Source of the DNA: Podarcis bocagei | Lineage: Eukaryota | Assembly (NCBI GenBank): GCA_964188305.1 | Contig: OZ076885.1 | Strand: one strand, 5' to 3' | DNA length: 64,000 nucleotides | Part shown: piece after piece, positions 47,137 through 60,036 of the stretch | Layout of the letters: the number at the start of each line of letters is the position of its first letter | How positions within the stretch are numbered: position 1 is the stretch's first letter | Notes under the pieces: generated by a model | What the model saw: only the letters and a program-made list of their open reading frames with translations | Databases searched by the model: none | What the model was told of the DNA's origin: nothing | Position numbers and translations under genes: made by a program

Positions 47137-48176
47137 ATTTAAGGTCTTATCCACACTTTCTCTTTTCCTGGGAAAAACCACTCTTTAGCACTTGGTCGGA
47201 GCAAACAGTAATTCATCCCCCCCCCCACTGCCATTTGTTCCAATCTATTGCTAAAGAGCAGGTTTTCCCTTGGAAAAGAGCAGGGCAAGGGAAAACCACT
47301 TGGACTTGTGCCTAGAAAGTGTGGGTCTAGCAGAAAACGTCTTGGACCCATGCTAATGAGCCCTAAGTTATCCAAGCCCCAAACTATAAAGCGCATTGAA
47401 GTTCAACACTAGCAACTTGTATTTGGTACAGAAACAAACAGGCAGCCAATAAAATCTTCATAATTCATCAATGATAGGAATATTGCAGTGCAGGATTTTT
47501 GGATTAGCAGAAGTTTCCAAATTGTCTTCAGATAAACAGGGCTGCATGGTGAGGAATCTTGCAGGTATGCATTCACTTTCATTGCCACCAAGAGATGTGC
47601 AGATTGTTGTGTTTGTAGTATCCTCTGTAATTCCTCAGAATCCCTTATGCACTTCTCCTGAAGAACTTTGACCCCTGTTTTATACAGAACGAGTGACTTT
47701 TCCCTGGGCATAGCATCTTACAATCTGCAGAATGTCATTCCTGTTAATATAATTCTTATCTCCTTGCCCTCTGTCTCCTTTTTCCACTCTATCCTTAATC
47801 TTCATATTATTCAAGTCCTTGTAGATGGTAATGTTCCAGGCTCCACTGTCAGGTGCACACAGAGTACCATTGCTAAACAATGCACAACACAACTCAGTTT
47901 GGCTTTGTAGTGAATCCCACATGAGGTGTTGTTCACATAACACAGTATCCATCTCAACAACTTGTCTCAAATAGCTGCGGCAGAAAGACAGGGGGGAAAT
48001 GTATTTCCCCCCCTTTCTTTTATTCTCTTTGTGCTCTGTGGACATTGGGGAGAGGGGACCATGCACTTGATCCTTCACTAATAGATTTCAAACATGACAA
48101 TCACCAGGAGAGAAACTGCCATTTATATATACAGCAGGTGATGGGGTTCTGCACTTTAAAATCTTAGCTCCTGTAG

Positions 48177-48720
48177 CCAGAAAGATGGTTAGAGTAGAGC
48201 CTGGGAAACCAGGATTCAAATCCCCAATCAGCTATGAAGCTCACTGGGTGACCTTGGGCCAATCATTGTCTCTTAGCCTAACCTACCTCACAGGGAAGTT
48301 GTGGAGATAAAACGGGAAGGAGGAGAACCTTGTAGGCCACCTTGAGCTCCATAGGCGCCGACTCCATGGGGCTTGAGGGGGCCCGAGCCCCCTCAAAAAT
48401 TCGTTTGGGGGGGCTCCGCCCCCCCAATAATCTCCGGCGCCCCTCCAGCAGAGCGCCATCGCCGCCCCTCCCCCAGCCCAAAATGCACAGGGTCGGGCTG
48501 CATGCCTCCTGCCCTCCCTCCCGAGCAAAAGCTCCACCCAATTTCCTTCGGAGCTGATTAATAGGCGCAGCACGCTCTCCCCTATTCGCTCACGAGGAGG
48601 AGGCGCCACTTTATTTGCATATTCATGAGCTTATTTATTATTCATGAGCTTTCCCGGGGGCCCCCCAATATTTTTTATAAGTCCGCGTCCCTGTTGAGCT
48701 CCTTGGATAAAAATGTAAAC
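48177..48720 (+). mobile_element. tRNA-derived SINE (same family as 38815) split by a hAT insertion
   Basis: GGATTCAAATCC B box and CTGGGTGACCTTGGGCCAATCA core. The tail resumes after 48701. Confidence 0.65.
48350..48693. mobile_element. GC-rich non-autonomous hAT element
   Basis: Perfect 8-bp TSD TTGAGCTC (48342-48349 / 48694-48701). Imperfect TIRs CATAGGCGCCGACT ... AGTCCGCGTCCCTG. Confidence 0.82.
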
Positions 48721-49269
48721 ATGCAGATTTCCATGCACTAAGCAAATTTACGTCAGGCATTACTGGGGAAGGGCAAGAGGAGGCATTGGCCCCTCCTTGT
48801 CTCCCCCCTTTCGCAATTCCATAGCCTCCAAGATAAAAACAGAGACGTTATTGTGGATTTGACACATTCATAGTCTAACACAGCCTAAGCATAACACACC
48901 ACACCACTACCTTCACGCCCAGGTGTTCTGCGAGAGCCAGTATTCCTTTTCCTTGAAGCAAATATGGAACAACACACCTTCCATATTGCTCATAATGCAG
49001 AAGGCATTAAAAATGTTAGGCCATTTGCATGAAATAATTCCTTTGAATGCATACAAATGTTCTCATTTCTCCAACAGTGGCAAATGAGCTTTAAGCAAAG
49101 AGATAAACCTTTGTCGAGGCCTGTACACACCAAAGCTAGGAGGTTGGCCCACCCTGCCACGGCCAAGCCAGACCACAACCACTGCTCCCTACTAGCTGGC
49201 GGTCAGGGTTCCTTCTCTGCCTTGGAGCTCTCAAGCTGCAGGTCTGTCTGTCTGAGTCTGAACTGACAG

Positions 49270-49545
49270 CCCTGTGGAAGCCAAAGTTAATGGCCTCCTT
49301 GTTCTACTGCTGGCAGGTGAAGTCTTTCTTGTTCCAACAGGCTTTGAGGAACTGTTTTTAAGGAAAGGGCTGGTGCTGTGATGTTTTTGTTGTAATGATC
49401 TGTTCGTTTTAATAGATGTATTGTGTGTATGTGTGTTACATTATTTTTTTTAATGACTGCTTTTTTCCTATGTTTTTAGCTGTCTCTGTTTTAGCTGCAA
49501 GCTGTCTTGAGTCCCTGTCAGGGGAAAGGATGGGATATAAATCTG
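49270..49545 (+). mobile_element. Old L2 3' end
   Basis: ...TTCCAACAGGCTTT, a T-rich UTR, then TGCAAGCTGTCTTGAG...GGATGGGATATAAAT followed by a simple-repeat tail. Confidence 0.55.
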
Positions 49546-49569
49546 ATGATGATGATGATGATGATGATG
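49544..49569. repeat. (GAT)n microsatellite
   Basis: Direct reading. Confidence 0.9.
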
Positions 49570-51344
49570 GCAGGGCCAGTCATAAAATAAATGGCACCAC
49601 AGGCAAGGAGCATCTTTGATGCTCCCTCCATTTCTTCCACTTCTTAATGCCTTATTTTTTTATAGCATTTATAGTCCATTTCCTGTCTTCTGCGCAATTT
49701 ACATGCATGATTTATCCCTGTCACATCAGATGATAAATTTGCACACTCTGATCTGTACCATGTGAACTGTTTCTGATATTTGTTTTGCCTCTTGAGTGGA
49801 TTGTTGAGTAGACTGTCCATGTAAAGTCTCTCTAAAAGTGCAGGTCATGGTTTAATAACTATTCAGCATCTCAAAAAGAGGGTGGAAGATAAGGTTAGAA
49901 AATGAGTTAAGCAGGTTTTCTGAAGGGGTGGCTCTCTGTACCCGTACCCGCCCCCCGCTGTCCCTCTAGATTGAAGCTGATGCATCTGAGTCTCTAATAA
50001 GAAAGTGGATCCAGGAGTCTTTGTTCCTTGTGATCCATGAATCTCCGTTTTGATGATTAAGACTCTGGGAGAAGATCTTTTGCCTCCTGAGTAATCAGCA
50101 ACCCTTCCAGGAATCTAATGGACACCCATCATTCCTACTTCCCTCTTGTCTAAAACTGAGTCCCCCTAACTTTGCTCTTGGGGCCTCATTTCCACCCACG
50201 CTCATCCACAGGAGATACAAAGATCCCAGGGTCCCAAGAACTGTTGCGCTGAATGAGAGGCAATCCATACTGTCATCCTGGCTCTGGAGGAAGTGGCTTC
50301 TGTAATGTGACAGGCAGGCTGTCAGGAAGGATTTATCAAATTGGCCCTCCCCAATCCTGCTGAAGCAAGCACGTGGATCAGAGCCAGGAGCCATTTGAGA
50401 GATATCAGGGATGGGAGGAAGCTTAATCCTTCCTGACAGCTCCCTGGAATGCACCAAGCCCTGGGCAAGAAATCCAAGAGAGACTATTTATTCCCTTAAA
50501 ATGTGTAAAGGATTCAGCTTCCTGCTATACTATCATGACATGTTCTCTGGAGAGAAGACAAAACAATCACCTGAGGAGCCTAGAGACCTGATAGGGCAAA
50601 GTACATGGAATAACGGAACACCAACAGGAGAATGGTCCCAAAACACCTTCAGATCTGAGGTCTTCCGCAGTGTAGCAAGCGATTGTCCCATTTGCCCTCT
50701 GGCTGAGACCATTTTGAAAGGTTAATTTAAAAAGGGCTTCTGCTTTAGGAAAGGTGTGAAATGTGCAAGCCTAAGAGGGGTTGTCACTGCTAACTATATA
50801 TGCATTTTCTCCTTACTTCAGACCATGGGTATGTCCTTGAGGAAATCTACTAGAGCTAGATAATCGGGCATCTCCTCAGCTTCCTTCCCTCTCTTCAGCC
50901 CAAAGTACACGTTGCAGGAAGAAGGGTGATAGGCACGCCTGTTATGTATATTGGGGAGAATGCATGTGACATTACAGGTCTGTACTTCCCACCCCCTTCC
51001 CCATAAGTGGCAGCTAATGAAGTGGAATGTGAAGTGGAGAAATATGTGGTGGTGTTGCATCACTTTAATTGAAAAAAACTATCACATCCTTGAGATATAA
51101 TGTGAGATTTTTGGACCTGAGCTCCTCGCCACTTTTGCTACTGTATGCTTCATATCAATGGTTTCTTCAGTCAATATTGATGTAATGTTTGTTCACAGGC
51201 TCCGCCATTTTTGGAGCCTACGGAGCTTGCAGTTTTTCTCAAGAAGCTGACTTAACTCCTCTGGAGTGCTACTATTGATTTACAGCAGCGTTGCTGTTGA
51301 TAGACAGTGTGAAGTTCTTTCAAACCTATAATGGCACTGTAGAT

Positions 51345-51626
51345 GGGAAAGCATTCCTGGAACATCTAATTCAACAGTCAGTCTGTGAGCGTTTAGGAAA
51401 AGGATGCTGTGATTACCAAGACCCAGCATGGGTTTCTCAAAAATAAGTCATACCAGACCAATTTGATTTCTTTTTTTGATGGAATTACAAACTTGGTGGA
51501 TCAGGGAAATGCTGTGGACATAGTGTATCTTGATTTCAGTAAGGCTTTTGACAAAGTCCCCCGTGATATTCTCATGTGGAAGCTGGTGAAATGTGGTTTG
51601 AAAGAGGTAACTGTTAGGTGGATTTT
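51345..51626 (+). mobile_element. CR1 LINE reverse-transcriptase fragment
   Basis: ITKTQHGFLKNKSYQTNLISFFD...NAVDIVYLDFSKAFDKVP..LMWKLVKCGL..TVRWI is diagnostic of CR1 ORF2. Confidence 0.9.
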
Positions 51627-52679
51627 TAGCTTTTGCTATCTTTCATTTTTCTTCCTCCCATTGAAATGGAGGGAAGCTGTTCCTCCTTGAAACACTAAAA
51701 CAAAATAGTATGCCGCAGATTGCAGGCAAGTCTAATGATTCCTTATTTCCTACCGCAAGGGGCTTCTCAGGACAACCCTCTGCATTTGCCAACAGTCTCA
51801 GCCAGCAACACCAGGGGAGATGGTGTGTATTTGCCCTATCTACTCCTACTCCATCGTCTCCAAACATTGAATTGATTAGGCAGCAGTCTATCCCTTTTGA
51901 GTATTTCCCGCCATTGCTGAAGCTTGAAGAGCCTTTTTATGTAGGGAACTTTGAACTGGGCCTGGAAATGCACTGGTGGTTGGTGCAGAATCAGTGTCAT
52001 ATGCTCTCAACTTCCGCACCAATAGTTGAAAGTGTCTACACTGTCTTCAGGGGCGTGCTTTTGCTTGCCTTTGGATAGTACACATTCATTCAGGAGCCTT
52101 TGAAAACAATAGTAGCTGAAGATTTCTTAAAGTCTTTCAGAGACTTGAAAAGATTCAGGGCAAGCTGCCAAAAGGGGGTGAGATTTAAAATTGGAAATCA
52201 TTGACCTTGTTGTGGGAGTCAACACAGACATTTAGTTTCCCTGTGTACCGTGGATTCCAATCTTCTGAAGATGTTGTAACTTTCAATGTGCCCTTAGTTA
52301 AACTGAGCAAACATAAAGTATTTGAGAATCAAATTGTCCCCCAAAACAGTTCACATCAAAGGCGGCGGGGGGGGGGGAGAGGTGTAAACTAATGAATACT
52401 TCTGGAACTCTCATATTGAGTCGTAGTGAGTTAATAATACAGGCTGAAACTATGTTGTTAATAAGAGCTAGGAGTCTATGTCCTGCGGCATCCAGAATCG
52501 AGGACTCAGCTTGGTACAGAATTCAAATTAACCACATAGAGGTCTTCTATTGAGTAATAAATAATGTAATCCTGCCACAAGTGACCTTGCTATTTGGTTT
52601 TATTCTGCAAATCATTTTCTCATCTGTAAAATAGTTGCAAACCTCAATACTTGCTTCCCTTGGGATTGATCTGGAAGTT

Positions 52680-53000
52680 GCTACCGGTGCAAAATGCTGC
52701 AGCCAGGTTGCTGAGTGGAGGTGCACACATATTACACCTCCACTGAGAGAACTGCACTGGCTGGCAATCACCTACCAGGCCACATTCAAGTTTTTGTTGT
52801 TAACATATAAAGCTCTGACCAAGCTTAGGACCACCTGCCCTTGTATGGACCTGTAAGATCACTTACTGCAGATCGTCTCGGGAAATTCTACTTATGGTAC
52901 CACATACTGAAAAATATCACAGGACAGTGATCCCCAAACAGGCAGTTTCTGTGATTGCTCCGGTATTATAGTATTTCCTCTCTGAAAATGCCTTAATAGC
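52680..53000 (+). mobile_element. Degraded L2 LINE 3' ORF2 fragment
   Basis: HITPPLRELHWLAITYQATFKFLLLTYKAL. Confidence 0.75.
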
Positions 53001-54499
53001 TATTTGTCTTTCCACACTGGATATGCTGGCGAATATCCAACATCCATATGTTGGTGCATATGCATTTTGTTGCTAAAGAATTGGCAGCAATGAAGTCTGG
53101 AAAAACAGAGGAGGGCAACAGTTCCTGGCTCTTTCAGGCAAGTTGCATATATTTTAAGGGATCCACTCATTGTGCCTACCTATTTTCTGAAGACCTCAGC
53201 ACATTTGTTTATTTGGACTATATGCAGGAAGGCAGGTCAGAGCTGTGTTTGTTCACCATCATATTTCCGACTTTCCGTTCATTTAAATTGACTATTTGTA
53301 AGGCTAATCGGAATGTTGACGTCTTGTGCCTTCATTTCTTTATCGGGCAGTTGTCAAACCCCTTCCACCTCTTTGCATGCTGAGCTGCAAGAAAGCTTTT
53401 CATTTTGAACGGGAGAAAGTTACAGATTCCAATGCAAGGCCAAAGTGGGAATAAAGCCTCCATGTAACCACTGACCTGAGGGCTTAAATGCAATTAAGTT
53501 ATTAAATTGAGAAAAGCTTAATTAATGTTAGCAATAAAACAGAATGCCAAGAGCGTGGACTGAGTGGGAAAGAGCTGCTGGAGGACTGAAGCCCACGTGC
53601 CTCTTGAGAAATGAAGGAAGGAGCAGCCTGTGCAAGCAGCAGCTGAAATTGTAGCAGCGGTGCTGCAAGCTGCTTGTTTTTTTTATGACGGGCCACAGCA
53701 CATAAACATGGAGATGTGGCATTTCCCAGCCACACTGCCAATATATGGACCTTTGAGAACGGGGAAGCGCTATATCCTCCTTCATAAATAGAGAAGGTGA
53801 GACAGGCAAGTTCCTGACTCAGCAGCAGGGTGGGGGGGAGGCTTACGTGAAGGCCTGGACAATGTAGAAGCTGGAAGGTGAGATGCATAACAAGGAGGCT
53901 GGAGCCGTGGCCGATGGCAGTGGGGTGAAGTATTTCCAAGATGGGGGGTTGCACCCTCCACTAATGAGGAGCAGAATATACTGCTGTTTTCAGTAGAAGT
54001 CATATTTCCTCTCCCTCAGGCACACTTCTAGTTAGGCCTGTGATTAAATAGACCTTGTGCTAACAATATCTCTCTCTCCCCCCCCCATCTCTCCCTGTGG
54101 TAATTTCCAGAAGCCCTTTCCCTTCAAATGCTCACTTACATTGGATAAATGATTTTTCAAGTGCCGTTTCTCACCTGAGGACAGCAGACAGTTTGAAAAG
54201 GCCTCGAGCTCTCTGAAGGGAAAGAGGCGCAGAGATTCTTTTTCCCCATCAGAGTCACTGGCTAAGATGAAGTGGATTGTAAAGGAAAACGTTCTCTAGC
54301 AGTAATTGAACATAAATCCTTTACAGGTAATACATAAACCATGAAAAATTATCACCAATTACCTAGATTTAATCTGGACCTGGCTTGGAAAATCCCTGTG
54401 GGTTTCTCGTGCTTAAAAATGTCCAGATGCAGACAGCGAGCCTCCTTCTGTCCCAGACTCTCATGGCTGCCTCTCTCTCTCTTTCCTTTTGCGCTACAG

Positions 54500-54770
54500 C
54501 TCTCCCCTGGGTCTGAGGATGATGAGGGACATGACAGTGCCAGCCGAGAAAACCTGGGCCGGATCCAGTTTAGCGTTGGCTACAATTTCCAGGAATCCAC
54601 CCTAACTGTCAAAATATTGAAAGCTCAAGAGCTACCAGCCAAGGATTTCAGTGGCACAAGTGACCCTTTCGTCAAAATTTACCTCCTACCAGATAAAAAA
54701 AATAAGCTGGAGACAAAGGTGAAAAGGAAGAATTTAAACCCACATTGGAATGAGACCTTTCTCTTTGAAG
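54500..54770 (+). CDS. SYT7: SYT7 exon, start of C2A (271 nt): [31 protein letters not shown]...[16 protein letters not shown]
   Basis: CTACAG acceptor ends at 54499 and GTATGT donor starts at 54771. C2 motifs [12 protein letters not shown] and LNPHWNETF are present. Confidence 0.98.
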
Positions 54771-56374
54771 GTATGTAAAATGGTCTAGGTTTAGGGTGCT
54801 GGTTATGAAGGCCAAGAATTTGCTTTGGCTTCGGGCAAGTTACCGTACTTAACAAATCCGCTGCATGCCTCAGTTCTGTTCCTGTTACATGTGGTCATGT
54901 TTTCCTTCAATGTCTGATTTCAAGGGCAAGCAATGTTGGTGGTGGCATAGAGCAAAAATGCAGTTGTGCAGAATACAGTACTTGTAGCCAAATAGGAAAA
55001 GAGGATAACAGAGCACTAACCCATTTAATCCAGTGCCAGTCTTCTCCTGCAAACAGCTGGGGTCAGTTATCACACTTCACATAATAGGCTAGAAATACTT
55101 CAGCACGTCTGCAGCTGCACATAGAGACTGTTACATTTGAAAGCCACTCATTATGCAAAGAGTCGTCACACTCATGTCACAGAGGCTACCAAGAACACAG
55201 TACTGACATGAAGATTCTCCACTTGGTCAGGGTAGTCTATATGAAGAGTAACCTCCAAACGCCATCACATGAAGGCATCGCCACTGGTAATATGAAGCCG
55301 TGTACATATTCTGGGAATAGGCACCATCTACAGTGATACCAGATTAGCGTCACTTCCCATGTTGCATTTTATTCATGTATATGCATCTGAAACTATGGTC
55401 CTTTCCCAAAAATTATAATGTGGCAGAGATTATATCCGTGGCTATGTATGAATGGGACATGGACATGCCCCAGACTGTGGGAGCAACTTAAAATTCTTCT
55501 CTCTGCAAGAGTAAATCCTTCCTGCATGTGATTTTTTACATGAAAGCATCTTGTGGGCGCACTCTTATCAGGTAGTATGAAAATGCCCAGGATGAGGGGC
55601 ATTGCAATACATTTTTCTCTCCTCAATGCATCTTTAAGGTGCCCTCTTTCACATGAATAAACCAGGAAGCAGTTTTAAGCAAACAGTCATTTTGACAAAT
55701 GATGACTTTCAGGCTGCACCAGTTCCTTGCACTGTTTTAAGATCACACGAGAATGAGAGGATGCAGACATACCCTAAAGAAAATTGTGATCTGTCAAGTA
55801 TGGCATCAAGTCATACCATGGTCTATCTATTCCATGGGGCCAGTTTGTGCCACATAACATATCATTCTTCTGCTTTATCTACTGTCTTGCTTCCTGCCAA
55901 ATCAGATCATGCCCTTAGTCCATCACATTTAATACTCGACCTCAGGGGAATGGCCAGAGCCTTACGCTACCAGAGAGAGGCCAAAAGCCTTCACTAGTGA
56001 TCTAAGTGCAGTGATGGATAAGGCTGGGATTCCTTCCTGGCCCTTATAGCAGCCAGCCAGTTCCCTGAAGCATTAGGTTTGATTGATGAAGTTGGATTAC
56101 TACTCACTCATCTGGAATACCTACAAATGTTATTCAAGGCTGCAAGATTGCCCAGAAGCATGGGTTCCTTCACCCATGTATGGCCTGGGCCAGTCATGAC
56201 CACTTCTCCATTGGCAACCTGAATACAGTGATAGGTGCTAATGTGGAAAAGACCTGTGCATGCAGCAGAATAACCATTTTCACTTGCATCTAGGCTTAAC
56301 GTTGGGGCTCCCTTTACTGTGGTTGCCTGCATGTCGTCTCTCATCTTTTCTTCCACTCCTTTTGCATTTGGCAG

Positions 56375-56544
56375 GTTTCCCATATGAGAAAGTGGTTCAG
56401 CGGGTGCTCTATCTACAGGTTCTGGATTATGATCGGTTCAGTCGTAACGATCCCATTGGGGAGGTGTCCATTCCCCTCAACAAAGTGGACTTGACCCAGA
56501 TGCAGACGTTCTGGAAAGAACTAAAGCCCTGCAGTGATGGGAGT
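56375..56544 (+). CDS. SYT7: SYT7 exon, C2A second half (170 nt): [57 protein letters not shown]
   Basis: GCAG acceptor ends at 56374 and GTAAGA donor starts at 56545. Contains the Ca2+ loop DYDRFSRND. Confidence 0.98.
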
Positions 56545-56783
56545 GTAAGATCCTTGCTTTGTTTTGAAACAGGGGGCTGATCCAGAATATCCAAGGTTGG
56601 CTCAGGGCATGCGTGCATTGGGGGCTGGCCATATATGATTCCTAATTCCATGCGGAATGAGGAAAGCTGGCTAGATCCTGAACAGTCTTGGGGTGATTTC
56701 TATTCAAAGTTTACAGTGGGGAATCGGGGGGGGGGGTGATGTTACATAATAATTCCTCTATCTCTGCTAACTCTTCTCTGCAG

Positions 56784-56898
56784 GGAAGCCGAGGAGAGCT
56801 TCTCCTATCGCTTTGCTACAACCCTTCAGCTAACTCCATTGTTGTGAACATTATCAAAGCTCGGAATCTTAAAGCCATGGACATCGGGGGAACATCAG
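56784..56898 (+). CDS. SYT7: SYT7 exon, start of C2B (115 nt): [38 protein letters not shown]
   Basis: CTGCAG acceptor ends at 56783 with a branch-point-like GCTAAC upstream. GTATGG donor at 56899. Confidence 0.98.
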
Positions 56899-57189
56899 GT
56901 ATGGGGTTCCGTAGCAGCTCTTCTTACGCAGTGGCAAATAGTCTTAGATTTAAAGCTCTTACTTACTTTGCCAAACCTTTATTAGGCGTTACAAATATGG
57001 GCCATCATAAAACATCCATATGGTCTGGCACATTCAAATTACATCCTCAATGTCTATTGTTTCTCGGGATGTTTAAGTATCTTCCCTTGACAAAAGCTGA
57101 GGGGAAAACATTCAGTCAGGCTAACACAAAGGCCCTGCGTTGGACTGGATTTATTAATTTTGAAATATAAGTGATCCTGTTGTCTGTTG

Positions 57190-57660
57190 TATTTAATCCC
57201 TAGAACTTGGGGGAGCAATTTTTATTTACAGCTGATTCAATGCTTTGTATTTCAATGACCCCTAATCTGGTTTGAATATTGCAATAAATATATTGCTCAC
57301 CTGAATTATACAAGAGTTACAAGTCAATACCAGCAGATCTAATATTGCTATGTAAGAATTGGAACCATCTGGATTTATAAGAGTCCTTATGTAAGTCAGA
57401 AAGCAGACTTGAAGGTTGGCAACGAAAATGGCAATGCAACCAGTATTTTATAGTGCTGGGCCGCATCCAATATTCCATCGTGTGTATACCTAGTTCTGCA
57501 CACATCGTCTCATACTTGATTGAACTTGGGAGCCACAGGATATGTCTCAAGAAACTTGAGTGTATCTTATCTAAATCACTTTTATATGCTTGTATTTGTA
57601 TTGGGATCCCCAAAAGTAGCTGGGACAACACTTTAGGTAAAAGACTTAAAGCAAACCACC
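57190..57660 (-). mobile_element. Degraded non-LTR retrotransposon C-terminal fragment (clade uncertain)
   Basis: LDKIHSSFLRHILWLPSSIKYETMCAELGI...IKYWLH resembles the post-RT region of non-LTR elements. Confidence 0.5.
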
Positions 57661-58436
57661 AATGACCATTTCCTTAGAGTTCTGTGCACTTTACTGGTTT
57701 CAAGTAAACCTGGCGAGAATCAGAAGCTATTTGATTTTCAGGTGTTGTTTGCTTGCTTGTTTGCTTGCTTGGGGTCTCCTCCCAAAGGAGCCTGTCATGT
57801 GTTATGCCCATCATCCCCAGCTGACAGAGAGTGAAAGAACAAATGCCTTCAAACTGACCTGCCTCACCTTCTGAGTAGGGAAACTAGCATAGCCTACTTG
57901 ACAAAAAACCAAGACAATGTGCAGATGAATATCTTCATTGAATTTCTTCTGATCAATGCTAGAAGATTTATAGAGCTGTGGTTCTTAAACTGAGGTATAC
58001 TTTTAAGTGACCCTTGATCCTACAGTGGAAATAACAGAGCATGCTACTGAAGAGAGAGTTTCTGTCTGATGCTGAAAGGGCAACTCACATTTCAGTTTCA
58101 TTTCTATATGTTAAACAGAAAAGTCCTTTATCTTTTGTGTGCTCCATGTGATGGAGCCACCTTGCTGAAGCTAAGCAGCTCTGGGCCTGGCCAAGGCACG
58201 GGTGGGAGGCTCTCTGAGAACTCAGTGAGAAAAAAATTGTGGAATATTAGTGCAAACGGCTGCAGTGGGATGGTAATCTGGGGCCTGAATGTGGCCCTCC
58301 AGGCCTCTCTTGTCTGGCCCTTGGGACTCTCTCGAGGCCACCACCTCACCTCAGACCAGTCCTCCTATGTACCTTTCCTTGAGAGTTTTTGCCTGGCTGG
58401 GATGTGCCCTTGATCTTTAATAATGCCTCTTGCTTG

Positions 58437-58470
58437 AATGGGTGGATGGATGGATGGATGGATGGATGAT
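58437..58470. repeat. (GGAT)n microsatellite
   Basis: Direct reading. Confidence 0.9.
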
Positions 58471-59836
58471 AGGAGTGTGCGAGTAAGTACAGAAACTACT
58501 GTACTGTACAGAAGTAAAAATTGTATTCATTGCTTTGCCCAATTTTGCATCTGACTTCCCTGCCCCTCAGCCATACACATAGGTCCCCTTCAGGCATGCA
58601 TATGTCTTTGTTAAGTCCTGGCCAGTGTACAAAAAGTGAAGTTTTATTTGGAAATCTGCCAAATATTTTCCTTACAGTGGGCATAAAGACAGACAATGGA
58701 GTGGCCTTGGAAGAGCAGGTACATCAGAATAGCAGTGCACATACCATTAGGTTTAAAAACTACTAGAAGTTTCTTTGTTCTATAATGGGATCGGTACTTC
58801 CCCTATTATGGTCTGTACCAGAAGGACAAACTGCTTTCATCCTTTTTGCAGCTTGTAATGGGGGGAATATAAACATATTACTTTCTTGATTTCTTTTACA
58901 TTTTTTAGTTCTAGGGTGGGATGCCTCCACAAGTGTGTAACACTGTGCAATGTAATAAAATGTTATCACAAGGTACTGTGATTGAATTGTTTTATTGCTC
59001 TTAGATTTTATCTCACTTCTGCAGACTAAATATCTCATACGTAAGACTACAGTCTCTAATTACACTGTACCTAATGAGCAGCGAAAGCTTGCTTGATTTT
59101 TCTCTCTTCTGCATTGAGAAGAATGGAGTTTACTAGTGAGGAGACAGGCTTTCTGTCCTGGAAAGCTCTGGAAGCAGAAAACCTGAATGTTTGACCTTGT
59201 TTTTTAAACATCCCATAAGCAGTGCTGCGCTGGAATGTGATGGTTAAGGAATGGTGGGAACTCCGGTTAAGAATAAACTTCTCAGCCTGAAGGGCTGGTT
59301 GTAGAAGCAAGCAAACTAGAAAGCGTTGTCACCAGCTGTAAAGCTGCTGGCTGTAACAGACTGACATGGCTCTGCTGGTTACCAAGAGACCGCAAAACAC
59401 CAGTCTTGGCTCAAACATAGAACCGAGGACAGCATAGCCCATTCTGCATCAGAATTGGAAACCTGATTGTAAGTGGCCATTGACAGAAATAACTGGGTAG
59501 ATTACTTGAATAAACTGGCATAAATGGCTTGGAAAGAACATTAACTGCAGGGCAGTTTAGACTGGGGCATGTAATTTAATAAGTGGCTCATTTCCCACGT
59601 GGAAGGCAAGGGGACAGCTGGAACCTTTCCATGTAAATAAAACTGAACCCTGTATTTTTGAAACTGATGTAGGTGCTTCTTTGGGGCAAAAAGAAACAAA
59701 TGATCCATTGCTACCCAGTTTTATAACATCTGGAGCCTGGGTACTGGGGTGCTCCTTCTGGGTACCTCTACAACTCCACCTCCCCTCCACAGTAAATTAA
59801 TGTCCCAGTGATGTTATCCTCTGTTTCCTGTGCCAG

Positions 59837-60036
59837 ACCCCTATGTGAAGGTGTGGCTGATGTACAAAGACAAACGGGTGGAGAAGAAGAAGACGGTAGT
59901 GATGAAGCGGTGCCTGAACCCAGTCTTTAATGAGTCCTTCATCTTCGACATCCCCACAGAGAAGCTGAGGGAAACGACCATTATCATCACTGTCATGGAT
60001 AAGGACAAGCTCAGCCGGAATGATGTCATTGGAAAG
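59837..60036 (+). CDS. SYT7: SYT7 exon, C2B core (200 nt): [67 protein letters not shown]
   Basis: GCCAG acceptor ends at 59836 and GTGAGT donor starts at 60037. Contains the polybasic patch and the DKDKLSRND Ca2+ loop. Confidence 0.98.

Larger units (their letters stand above)
2714..60036 (+). other. SYT7: Synaptotagmin-7 gene, partial (linker cassette exons through most of C2B; 5' TM exons and last exon not in window)
   Basis: Nine exons with canonical AG/GT boundaries and compatible phases translate to recognisable SYT7 linker, C2A and C2B sequence. Confidence 0.98.
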
